From contig MCFE01000730.1 in NCBI GenBank assembly GCA_002104905.1, positions 1 to 41,656 on the forward strand: 41,656 nt of DNA. Direction: 5' to 3'. Within the stretch, counting starts at the first letter, position 1. Every line of letters begins with the position of its first letter. This document shows, piece by piece, positions 28,246 to 39,429 of this stretch. The notes beneath the pieces were generated by a model. The model was given only the letters and a program-made list of their open reading frames with translations, had not been told where the DNA came from and made no database searches. A program made the translations under genes and the position numbers. Source of the stretch: Basidiobolus meristosporus CBS 931.73 (Eukaryota; Fungi; Basidiobolomycota).

Positions 28246-29188
28246 ATTGGAGACTGAATTAAGGTTGGGGAGCCTAGAATAAAATTGCTAATACGGGCCA
28301 AATTGACATGGTCACTTTTATATGATCGGGGGAAGTGAGTTCAGATGGATAAAGATGGGAAAATCAGTGACACTACGTGAATATTTTAATGGAATAGGAA
28401 CTGATGGGCCTGCCAAATATTTGATGCCGAGTGCCACAGCAATCGTAGGGGAGGATGCGCCCTAATTTGGTCAGGATAGGATCAGGAAGGAATGCCCATA
28501 TCCACTCCTCCTGACGCAGTGATATAATCATGAAGTATGTATTGCTGGAGTGTATGTTGCTCGGCTATTGCTATTGAGAGAAGCTGTCCCGCAGCAATCG
28601 TGCTAGCTCAACAGATGCATCCAGCGATTATCACACCATTCGGAAGCGCTGGCCAGCTGACCAAGGTGAATGGGACGACTCAACAATGCTGACATTTATG
28701 GCAATATTCATCCAAAAGCAGCAGAAGCAGTGAGCTCGTCCGCGATAGGTGGTATTTCGCTACGTGGGAAATCGGTGCCAGATAAGTGAAACGTTTAGAG
28801 CCACAGAAGGTGTGAGAGTCAAGATTACTATGACATCGGTAAGCATTGCCGTCCAATCATGGACATAGGGCGAATTGGCAATCTTCTGTAGCATCCCAGT
28901 TTGGATTCTCGGTGCGGCCAGCTCCACAATGTGGACTAATCAAGCGTGGTGTTGCTGCATCTTGCTAGGGAATCAGATCTGACATGTGTGCATCAAGTGG
29001 GGCTTTGATCTTGGAGAGCAGATTTGGCCGAGCTCATCATTGATGTGGTAGTGCAAATAGTCGCCAGACACCAGAAATGGAATCACCACAGCGCTACTGG
29101 ACACAATTTCCCTTTAATGGATACTGAATTTATCAATCAAAATTTGCTCGACGTTTTCTCTGTCACATTCGCGGGGATATATGAAGCA

Positions 29189-30791
29189 TCAAAACAGCAA
29201 GAAGAGAATAAGTATCATCGAGCCGATCAAGGTGAAGACTCCTAATATATATTGGGTTATTAGCATGGATGCGATTTCTTCTGCTTCCCCAGTAGGGCTG
29301 TAGAATTGAGTCAAGACCATGACCGTGGTGGCCGTAGGCACGCAGGAGGCAAACATCGCCAAAAAGATCAGCGGCTTGTCGTCAACGTCTATGATTTGAA
29401 CCACCTTGACTAGAAACAAAACAAAAGAGATTCCAATGGCCGGTGTCACTATCAGCTTGACAACGGCAAACACGAACGACACCCGGAATGAGATTGCTTT
29501 GAAATTCATCCGAGCCAATGCAGCCCCCAAATTCACCAAAGCCAACGGGACGTAAGCTCCACCAACCGAATAAATATAGGAAAACAGAAACTCCAGCATT
29601 GGCTCGGGTGCTGGATGAGTTGACTTGATGAACATCCCTTTGAGTGTTGGGAATAGGGCCACAAGGATCCCTGTGATCACCGCCAGATTGGGTGGAGCAA
29701 ATATGAGAGCAAGCAGACTCTTGGTTTTCTCCTGAACCCGGGTCCATTTTGTAGAGTCACGTAGCACCTCAATGTGGACGTAGTCAACCTCTTTGGTGGC
29801 GTTGTTGGCATGTTCGGTCTCCGTGGCTGAGGTGGAGGTGGAGGATTGTATGACATTGCACCCAGCAGTTGGCCCGTCTGCTGCCTCGAAAGCCTCCCCG
29901 GCCTCAACTGTTGCCTCGTTCGCAAGAGCCTCTTGGTTGGCAGAATCAGCATAGTCGCTTTGAATCAATTTAAATCCGCCCATGATGAACAGCGTCACGT
30001 TGAAAAGGATCAAGAACACTGATTGATACGCTATGCCTCGTGCGCGATCTCCAGGGCGGAATGGTGCGGAGTCGCCCAAAGAAATCATGACTGCTAGCGG
30101 AATATCCCCCTGTTGGAAACGTAAGTACGAAGTGCATCTGGCAAGCCTGTGTGAAGAGGAGTTACCCAGTTCCCCCATATCGCGGCAGCTACGGGAATAT
30201 CCTGGTTAGAATGTAAGCTTACAAGGAGGCCTACGCGAAGAAAACACTAACCAATGATCCCATTCCGGAAGTTTGGCGGTAGCCTAGCGAATATCCGGAA
30301 CAAGAAGCCAAAGATCCCGCCTAACAGCATGTAGAAGAACACCATAATGGTCATGATCCTGTTAAACCAAAGTAAAGGACGGCTTAGACAACGCCACTGG
30401 GTGGTGGTTACGAGACACTACCCACCCAAACTGATGAAAATAGTCGGTTCGAACACTCTCCACCATGTTGACAAACAGCAGACATGGTAGAATGTAGTTG
30501 ACGATGATCTACATGGGAGTAAGAGCTCAGCTTCTGACCTGGACGGGGGTATGCAAATAATAAATATTCTGGTACCTTTGAAAAGGATTTTGCTATTGTG
30601 GGGGTGATGAATCCGATCTTTGCTAGAATAAACCCGGCGCCTAGTTTGCATACGCAAGGTCAGTGGCTCTATGGGGTTTTGAGGAGGATATGATGTCTAG
30701 ACTAACCGACATTGAGGATGATTTTGATGATGGGCTTTGCTGATGTCCAGATGATTTTTTTGATATCAAAGGCGGGGAGATCTCCACTCAT
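29189..30791 (-). CDS. PIN-like / ECM3-family (auxin efflux carrier, Mem_trans) transporter, multi-exon
   Basis: MSGDLPAFDIKKIIWTSAKPIIKIILNV/GAGFILAK, GDIPLAV, ARGIAY, APPNLAVITG, GGAYVPLALVNLGA, VKLIVTPAIG, DKPLIFL, CVPTATT and hydrophobic terminal helices. Confidence 0.88.
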
Positions 30792-33700
30792 AGGTAGACC
30801 TGGGAAGAATCACTGTGAAGAGATGGGGATGCGGGTTGGAATGCTTCAGAGTGGACAGGGGAGTGGCACTGGAGATACTCAGGTAATCCGAAAATAAACA
30901 CCTCAATGAGCCGCGCCCATTACTTTTATAAAGTGTGCAGACGCAGACCCCTCTAAACAAGGCACGGGGCCCACTTTGCTGTCAGTCCCCATCTGTCCCT
31001 CTAAAAGTAAGATTGGGGATTGACAATGACAACGGATTATAATGACGGAAAGGAAAAACTGACAATTCAGTAACTGATAATGGATATTTTCTCCCTATTC
31101 AATGCGGCCAGATGCAGTGTCGCTGCTTTTCTGATGCTCGATTTGTCTTCAATGAATCTTCCAAAAAATAGAATCCACTCTATATCCCTGGACTGTTGGT
31201 ATTTGGGCTACGTCAGTAACAGTGTCGCTAAAAATATCTTTGATGCACTATCTGTGTCAATGTGTATATAAATGCATATACACAATCAATTGGACCGGAA
31301 TAGAAGAAATGTGCGGTACTAATTTGTGGAGTAGATTCTATGAGAGGATGTGATCAAGAACATTCCACATGGCCTTGGATTACTAGCAATCCGAGGTAGA
31401 TCTCCTTCGCAACTGGCCAGCCACAAGGCGTGTTGGTGCCTACAACCCATGGGAAACTTGGTTACCAGTACTGCTACTTCAAGGGCCGAGTCGATGACTG
31501 CCGTCGTTGATTCTTTTCCTTCGAATGGGGGAGTGGCAATGGACCTGGTGATGGCTGATCGGATTGAACAAAGGGATCCGCAGCGGCGTCCAAGCAGCAC
31601 TCCAGTAAATGGAGGCTTCGTAGCGCATTGCGCTCCTGGCATCTGTAAGACTCTTACATCATTCAGGTAGAGACTGGTAATGATCAAAGAATGGGAGACA
31701 ATTTCGATGCTAATCAGACAGATCGCGCCCCTGATTGTGTTGCGTTGGACTCGTGATAAATTATTCAGCATTCAACTTGAATGCCAGATAACGGCCGAGT
31801 GCCAGATGGACGCGATTGACCTCTGGGTCCATCCATAGTCCTGCCTCAATGATGAAGCTCCTCGCCATATCCATCACCGTTGCTTCGCCCATCCCAACCC
31901 CTCGCTTGGCTCTCTCCTGACGAGAAATTCCCTCTTGCTACTTGGATTCTACAATGGCACAGGGATGTGATAGCGCATTGTTCAATGGGCCGATTGTGCA
32001 AGCAACAACCCGAAGAACGCCAGCATTTTGACAGTTACTAAGAGCTTGCAATCTAGCTTGCACCCCTTCACAAATCAGGAGCGCAGATTCTTTGTGGATG
32101 ACTTGAACATAGCTGGCTATTCAAGCTACTTCCCAGTGTGTGGATCCAACATCTATTTCTGGCTCGACTAGCTGCATTCATACAAACTTGAACAGTAAAC
32201 CCTAAAACCATTAGGATTATCACATGCACTTCGTATATGGCCAAAGTAGCCCTCAATATGAAGGCGAGGTATTGAGTCTCATGGAGAGGTTGCATAAGTA
32301 TGTAAGTGTTAATGCTGCTGCCTTTAGAGGAGGGTCAAGCCACATACACACAACATCGGATCATCGAATGGTGCTTTCCTATAGAACCTGGATCAGTATT
32401 CAACTCCAGAATATACCAGCGTATCAATAAATACTCGGATTGCGTACATGTAGGTACATGCACCTGGAATTCTGCATGCCAGGATAATCACATATCTATT
32501 GCTTCTGGATGTCTTACAAAGGGCAGCACATGACCCCACAATAAAAGTTATTCTTTCTGGAAATCTAAGATGCCACCATTGGTTATATCTACATGATGCT
32601 ATCAAGTGAGAATTTTGCCCTCTCAATACTAATGCTCAGTCCAATAAAAACTATGCTCCAAATACTTGGTATGACGCCTAACTCATTCCCATTTCTTACT
32701 TGACCCATCTGCCAGGAATGAATAGTGGAAGCCATTCTGCTAATTGCTCAGAATCATGCCAATACTGAAAAGACCCCAAGCCATACACATCTCTCCCCTA
32801 TGACCCCTCACAACACACTCCTGAATTCTCACCTTCACTCACTTCAAAATACTGCTCAATTATAAAAGTAACATATGCATGCTAATGTACCAAGCCCATA
32901 TGTGATCGACAGTCTTCATGATAGCCCTATAGTAAATAGCCATATACATATGGTTCCGCAGTCAAAAGTTATCCGGGGACTTCATCTGGGTTGCTTTGGA
33001 GCGGTAGTTGTACCAAGCAAACCTGAGGTGATGCATCGAATGTAGTGTACACGACACAGCTAAGAGTAATAGTATTCTGAGTAAGCAAGATCTTACTACA
33101 AACAAATATTGAAGTGTGATTAATAGGAGATGAATCAAATCTAGAACAAATCCTCGATATTTAAGAGTACCCACCCTGCTAATAGCAGAGTGGCATACTC
33201 ACACAGAGATGCGAGTTGCATAGAAAGTTCCATCCATATCAATACTATGAATGGTCTTCACTGCACTTGAGAAGTATTTCATATGATCGTACATCACTAA
33301 TAAATATGTTTGGCAGATTCATTTCCATATTAAATCAACCCTTTGCTCTGTGTAATGTGGAAGGTGAAGCCACAGGCATCGGGCTTCCATTAGAATGCAT
33401 GGAAGGAGTGCGCTAGATGTTGGCCCATCAAATGCACAAAGCCGAGGGTTTTCATGAGTTTCAGCTAAACTCAATCTCCCATTAATAGAATTGATAAGTT
33501 GTGTTGCTATGAATGTCAATCAGTTTCACCCATTATTTTCCGATCCATATTCATAGCACATTGTGAATGGTTGAAAATATCTTGCGCATCATAAAGCTCG
33601 GTCTGGGGATGGAGAAGCCTGAAATCTATAATGCAATGAATCAAGTCCAGAAAATATAGCCCCTGTACCTTGCCTCTTTCTTCAAAGATAGCACCAACGG

Positions 33701-35586
33701 TCAACTACCAGCGCCAGGTCCATCAGAAGAGCATTGATTTGGGCTCCATTGAATGCTCTCTAAGTCCAAGCAAATGTCTCCCAACACAATATCCAAACCA
33801 AATTAAAAAGGCTTATATCCTAGCGAATTGCGTCACGGAAAACAGTCGTGTACGAACAGAAGGCACATGTGATACCGACACTCCCATCAACTAAGCAGCG
33901 TTTGGATGTCTGCCATCTCGTCCAATATGGCTTGCTAAGAGACCCAATGGCTTCAGCAAGCATGGGTGGGTATCATGGTGTACGCTGGCTGATTTGTAAA
34001 CTGTGTGGGGTCTGGCAGGCAGCTCTTGATCGAATACAAATTCATAGCAACTTGGAGGCCATATGTGATAGGGGCATAAAGCATTCTCCTGCATTAGTAA
34101 ATGTAATTTGATTATTATGGTGATACCTAGTCAAGTGATAACAAGCCTGTCTCATCATGGTCGATGTCGATTTATCAGGTTATTGGGGGCAGTTCCACAG
34201 ATCAAAGGTAATTGACAATGCTGACCTAATCAGCTGACAGTCCAATATCGGGTGCTATCTAGATGCTCACGGCTGAAGTTTCACCATCTTTCCAAACCAG
34301 TGAGCATCACTTGCACACATTAAGCGTCTCTTTAACATTGTTAGTTGACAGTGGGCATGGGATGGAGCTTCTGAAGGTGTGCTACCGAGGTTCTTGCCTA
34401 CCCGCGACAACGGCAGTCCAAAGAAAAATGGGTTCGCCCCAACCCTCGCCCATGCACAAGCAATGCCCTAATCTAGTATCAAGAGCTCAGCACATGAAAG
34501 CTGAAGCCCGACGGTAGGCTTATATAAAGTCACAAGGGACTGTGTCGTGTCTATTCGTATGGGGCACAATGCCTGACAGTTCTAACCTGCAGAAACAATC
34601 AGTCACTACCAATACACCTATCGTTTCCGCCACTCCTTCATCGACAGACATTTGTGCAAAAAAGGTATTTCCCAGCATCATCTGTTCCATGTTAAACGGT
34701 TCGATGTATGCGGCCGAATGGGTACAGCGCCATGGGAGGCCTGGTGGCATGCATCCAGCCGCTGATGCTTATAATTCCTCCCCAGGATTTGGTCAGTTAC
34801 TATCTCATTGGCGGCTATCCGGGAGGCTGCGTACACTTGGCGAATATGACCAAAGGGCACTCAGCTGTGTATTCGTTGCTGCTAGAACATTGTTGCTTCC
34901 ATCAACCAACGGATTCCTATCGAAGTATTAAATACGGTGCGGTGATAAGGAATTCGCTCTAGCCAATTGCGTGCCGAGTTCGATCACTTAAGACTGAACA
35001 CAACGCAAGTACAGTGATATCTGAATCTGTGTTTCACACTCGATTATTTTTAGGTTTGCATTGAATTTGCTTCAAACGTGGTGTAACCAACTTGAATCTT
35101 GTGGGATCAATCATTGCGTATGAGCAGCTTGTCTCTTGCCTTTATGGGGGCTGAGGATGGCCTAATTTAGCGAAATACAGTTATCATGAGTCCGTAATTA
35201 CTCTTAAATAGTCCTTCGGTTGGACTAAGAGAGACACTGATAGAATCAGAGGTTGGGTTTTTTGATTGTTGTCCAAGAGTCGAGTCATTTTACAAATCGA
35301 GGAGTAATGGCATCACCAATCGCAAACACTCTATAAAAACCTTAACTGATGACCACTTCCGATTACTCGATAATAAGCGTCTCCTCTCCACACATCCTTA
35401 TTGAGAATCCGGACTTGTTCCGTCGACCAGTGGTCCTATATAAGAAAGAAGCTTGCCGAGTGATTGCTTGGCTAACATTCCTATCTTCCATCCACTTTAC
35501 TATCTGAGCTGTTCACGCCTCGCCTGAAAGCCTTTCCTATTTATCATACCTTCCCTTCCGAACCCACTTCTTGTTTGCTGTGAAAA

Positions 35587-36613
35587 ATGAACAAAAGGCC
35601 GTACTGTTCACTCGCCGACTCGGCCGAGCAGAGCCCCAAGCTTCATACTAGCATGGTACAAGTGGACGAAGCAATGAAAGGTAGGCCCGTCTGAGAAGTC
35701 AGTGCCCACTTGCTCCAGGACTAACCACTGGCGCTCTTTTGTAGAGATGGACAATAGATATAATACCCAGTTCTATAGCTGGATTCGAAATGAGGGTAAT
35801 GTGGACTATATTGCGTACTACCTACAAAAGCTACTCTACGAGGTGCAGGAAACTCCTCAATCTATGGCATCCGTAATTCGCTGGCTAGTTGATGGGTGGT
35901 CAATCCCGCGCATAGCCGAGCTACTCATCAAGCTGTTCTACCATTGGGGGATTGGTCATCCCAGATTTGCCCTGGTAGTGTCCGACATTACCCAAGACTG
36001 GTCATCCTCAAATCGGATAGATTTGACTGTTGCCCTGGTGCTTGGAGAAAGAGCGAGCAAAGCAGCCAAATTCTTGAAGTACCTGACCAACAACTGGGAG
36101 CCCAGAGCAATTATGGATAGTGTTCGGCAGATATGCCTGCGCTTGAAGTGGAGTGAAAGGTATCTGAAGCACTTCCTCATCCAGTACATGACAATGTGTG
36201 AGGAGGAGCATGCCCATCAGCGCATGACTGTATCCAAGCTTCGAATTTGCTTTGAATCGAGACAGAACACGTTAAATCACTGGTGCACCATCGACACCAC
36301 CGGCTCTTACGAAACCCAGAATTCGCTCATTGAATTCTCAATGGAAATCTTCGAGACCATTGTATGGGAGATGTACGAGCTACGCTACTTTCGCAAATGG
36401 AACTTATCGTGCGCTCAAGAAAAGACATGCAATCTCGAAGCAAGATCCTCTGAGAACGTTCCCATGGACGTCCATGCCAATAAGAAAAGGCTGAGGATCA
36501 CCACAAGCACTGAGCAATTAATGGACCTGAGAAATCAAGCCATCTATGAGAAGCTCACGTCTCCTCAGGCAAGCGTTCCCGTCGAATACTTCAATGGTAC
36601 TGGTATCATTTAA
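35587..36613 (+). CDS. Hypothetical Trp-periodic helical protein (~320 aa, 2 exons)
   Basis: ATG at 35587; intron 35681-35744 (GTAGGC..CTAAC..TAG) joins in frame to the 303-codon ORF. No recognised domain. Confidence 0.8.
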
Positions 36614-36760
36614 GACTGCAGACAGAGTGATCCGTAATCTTACAAACCCCTAGCCTTGTTGTCATCAACCATACCTCCCCACTGAAGATGCATGCACAAT
36701 ATGATCCACCGTCTTTTCAATCAGTTCCGACACCGAAGATGGAGTGCCCTCTCTTCTAGT

Positions 36761-37180
36761 TTAATCTATTCTTAATTCACTCCCTCCTTTTGAAGACTTG
36801 ATCCACAAATCCATGCTAGTATCAGGAATTTGTTTGCAATTCTCGCTGTAAATAGGCTGCAATTTGTTCTGTACATTAAACGTCACTTCCACCTCACAAG
36901 TCACTACCGTTTGGTTACTATTAGGGCACATGATGGATGAAGTTGCCGGCATCAAGTTTGCTGGCAAGTTGTCCAAACCATGCGACATTTCTAATTCATG
37001 GCGAACCGATGCTTTTCCGGTCTGATTACCCAATTCTGACAAGATCGTGCCATGATGCCATTCCAATGTTGATCTAAGATAAGAGCAGATAGGAGATGGC
37101 TTACACGTGTTGATGAGATTTGGACTGCTCACCCGACTCTCCAATGACTCCTTTCCCGCCCCATTCAACCGCGCTGGCAT
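36761..37180 (-). CDS. Possible small ORF or gene fragment (139 aa)
   Basis: ATG-initiated ORF only, with no motif or splice support. Confidence 0.2.
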   Translation of the reverse strand: MPARLNGAGKESLESRVSSPNLINTCKPSPICSYLRSTLEWHHGTILSELGNQTGKASVRHELEMSHGLDNLPANLMPATSSIMCPNSNQTVVTCEVEVTFNVQNKLQPIYSENCKQIPDTSMDLWIKSSKGGSELRID

Positions 37181-38855
37181 ATGTATGACAGCAATATACT
37201 TTGTGGACAGCCGTCCTTCAAAGGTCGATTTATTGGCTACTGCCAGCCGTTGTGATTAGTGGCTCAGACTTGATTTAGATGGTTGTGATGGTGCTGCCAT
37301 ACCAATTCAGGAATCAGAGCATGATGATGAGTGCTGCTGCTTTACACACCATCGCAATCAAATTTCGCAGTACAACTTAGCAGTACAATTTGGTGGCCAA
37401 TTATTTCAGATCGGTACCAATGCGCTGTTCTGTAGTGGGTTAAGATGCTATATGGGACACATCTTTCCGGTTACGCTTACTTGAAGCTAATAGAGTATTT
37501 TCAAGGTGCCGATTACTCAATACAGTATAATATCTACCAGATGAATTCGTTAATTAAAAACCTGCTGCCTATATATAGACGAAATCCCCGAAGGCCACTC
37601 TATGGGGCACGGCAAGAAGTTGAGAATGGTGGTTTGGATGAATTCAAATACGTGCGGTGAGGGGTATTTCCATGATGCATAGGCTCACCTACCTTTTATT
37701 GGGGTCTCAAAATGTTTATTGCTGTTTAATTCCAGCGTATATCGATCAAAATGTCATCAGTCTACAACACTATCGACTACCTTGTGGGGTTATGCAACAG
37801 CAGTAGGTAATGTGTTTAATGTGCTCTATACTGAATGAGCTAGAGGGTGTCTCCTCGAATGCGTCCTTGCCAACACTATTCTTTAGAACATCGTTCATTG
37901 CGAGAATGCTACCTTCTTAAGCTTCCGTCAGGCGATGACTAGTAATCTTGGTGGCATATTACTCGTATATTAAGATTCTAGTATTTGGCAACATACAAAA
38001 TCAGTTTAGACTCCAATACATCAATGTTTGTGTGTCATGGTAGAAATGAAGGTAGTTTTCATGATATCACTATAGCCCCAGATTTGGCACAATTAGTTAA
38101 ATGTTTTCCTGAACACAATCATACGTATTATAATCTTTGATGCTTGTATTCACATGGTGTATGAAGAGAAACACACGTCTCTGAGAAGTAAATTTTACAC
38201 TATTAAAGGATGCAAAGCATAGTGTCTTCTGCTTCAAATATCTAGTTCAGCACATTGTTGCCACCAGCAGAGACTTTGTGCCACTGCGCATATCAAACAA
38301 GGCTAATAGCCTTTGAATTGCTACAATTAGTAAGTTTAGCACCAAATTACACGTCATTCTAGCTATAGAACATTATTTGCGATGCTATTGATAATCCACT
38401 GCCCTGACATAAAAAAGTTGCTTCAAAGCTTACACTCTGGTCAGTATTCATATAAAGTTCCCACAAGTGTATAGTTGCGATATCTCAAATCTATAACACT
38501 AGATATGGAAAATTGAATTTGCAAATACCACAAATTTCTTCCTGTCTTCAGCCTCTTAGATAAAAATACCCAATAAAATTTCTGTATTCATTGAATCTTC
38601 AAGTGAAAGCCACATGATCTGCTGATTCTCCAAATTACTTCTAATATCTCCCAGCTCTCACAACAGGTTATGAGCCCCAAACTGTCACAGTCTGCAATAT
38701 CTGCTATTGCTATTACTGGAACTTTTCACTCTGCAGGAAGGTGAAGATGAAGATATTACTAAAGTAATGAAGCCATTGAGATATTGCAATGGGATAAGAA
38801 TACACTCTGAAAGGTGTAGGAAAAGAAGCCTTAGAGTACCATAAGAAATCACAAA

Positions 38856-39424
38856 GTTAGGGCTAGGGTTAGGGGGGAGAAGGAGTAAAGTCTCCAAGTG
38901 GTGAAATCTCTTTTTACATATGACAAATATTTAAATAAGCCCAATTAGTCTGAGGTTATAATATATCCAAGAGAAATGTCAATAAAACTCTTGAATAGTT
39001 TAACTGAACCAAAGTGACAACTAAGTGCAGAATCTTAGAATTGTCAGAGGGGGAGGAAAGTCACCAAGTGGTGAAATCTTTATTTACTTATGACAAGTAT
39101 CTAAAGAAGCCAAGTTAATCTGAAGTAATTCCTAGAAAGCTAGGTCTGAGAGATATCTTCCTGGTAAGCCAGGTCTGAGAGTTGAGAAGCTGAGTGGTAC
39201 TATATTTCCTAGTAAGCTAGGTCTGAGAGAGGTTTCCTAGAAAGCCAGGCCTGAGAAGTGAGAATCTGAGTATATCTGAGCTAAGTTATACTGGTTTGCG
39301 GTAGCTGAATTGTGGCCAGAATGGCCAGTAGACTGGGGGATTTAGGGGAGGGAAAGTCACCAAGTTGGTGAAATCTTTATTTGAGTCAAGAACTAATCTA
39401 TGTACAAATAAAGAAGCCAATTAA
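38856..39424. repeat. Three diverged direct copies of an ~70-85-nt motif (38856-38955, 39047-39125, 39342-39424)
   Basis: Consensus GGGGA(G)GAAAGTCACCAAGTGGTGAAATCTTTATTT..TATG.ACAA..AAAGAAGCCAA.TTA. Copies 1 and 2 are ~84% identical over 69 nt by manual alignment. Confidence 0.9.
39129..39256. repeat. Four-unit array TTCCTRGWAAGCYAGGYCTGAGA, each unit with a 5-bp stem and 4-nt loop
   Basis: Units at 39129-39151, 39158-39180, 39206-39228 and 39234-39256. Confidence 0.9.
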
Positions 39425-39429
39425 GAGGT

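Noticed and set aside
31319-31771. 150-aa minus-strand ORF overlapping a 106-aa plus-strand ORF
   Set aside because: Non-ATG starts, no motifs and no consistent splice model.
33516-34111. Kinase-like fragments (IIDFR, DRGIKH)
   Set aside because: They lie on opposite strands, are too short, and lack other kinase motifs.
39129-39256. CRISPR-like repeat-spacer array
   Set aside because: Eukaryotic context, spacers of only 5-25 nt with irregular length, and no cas genes.
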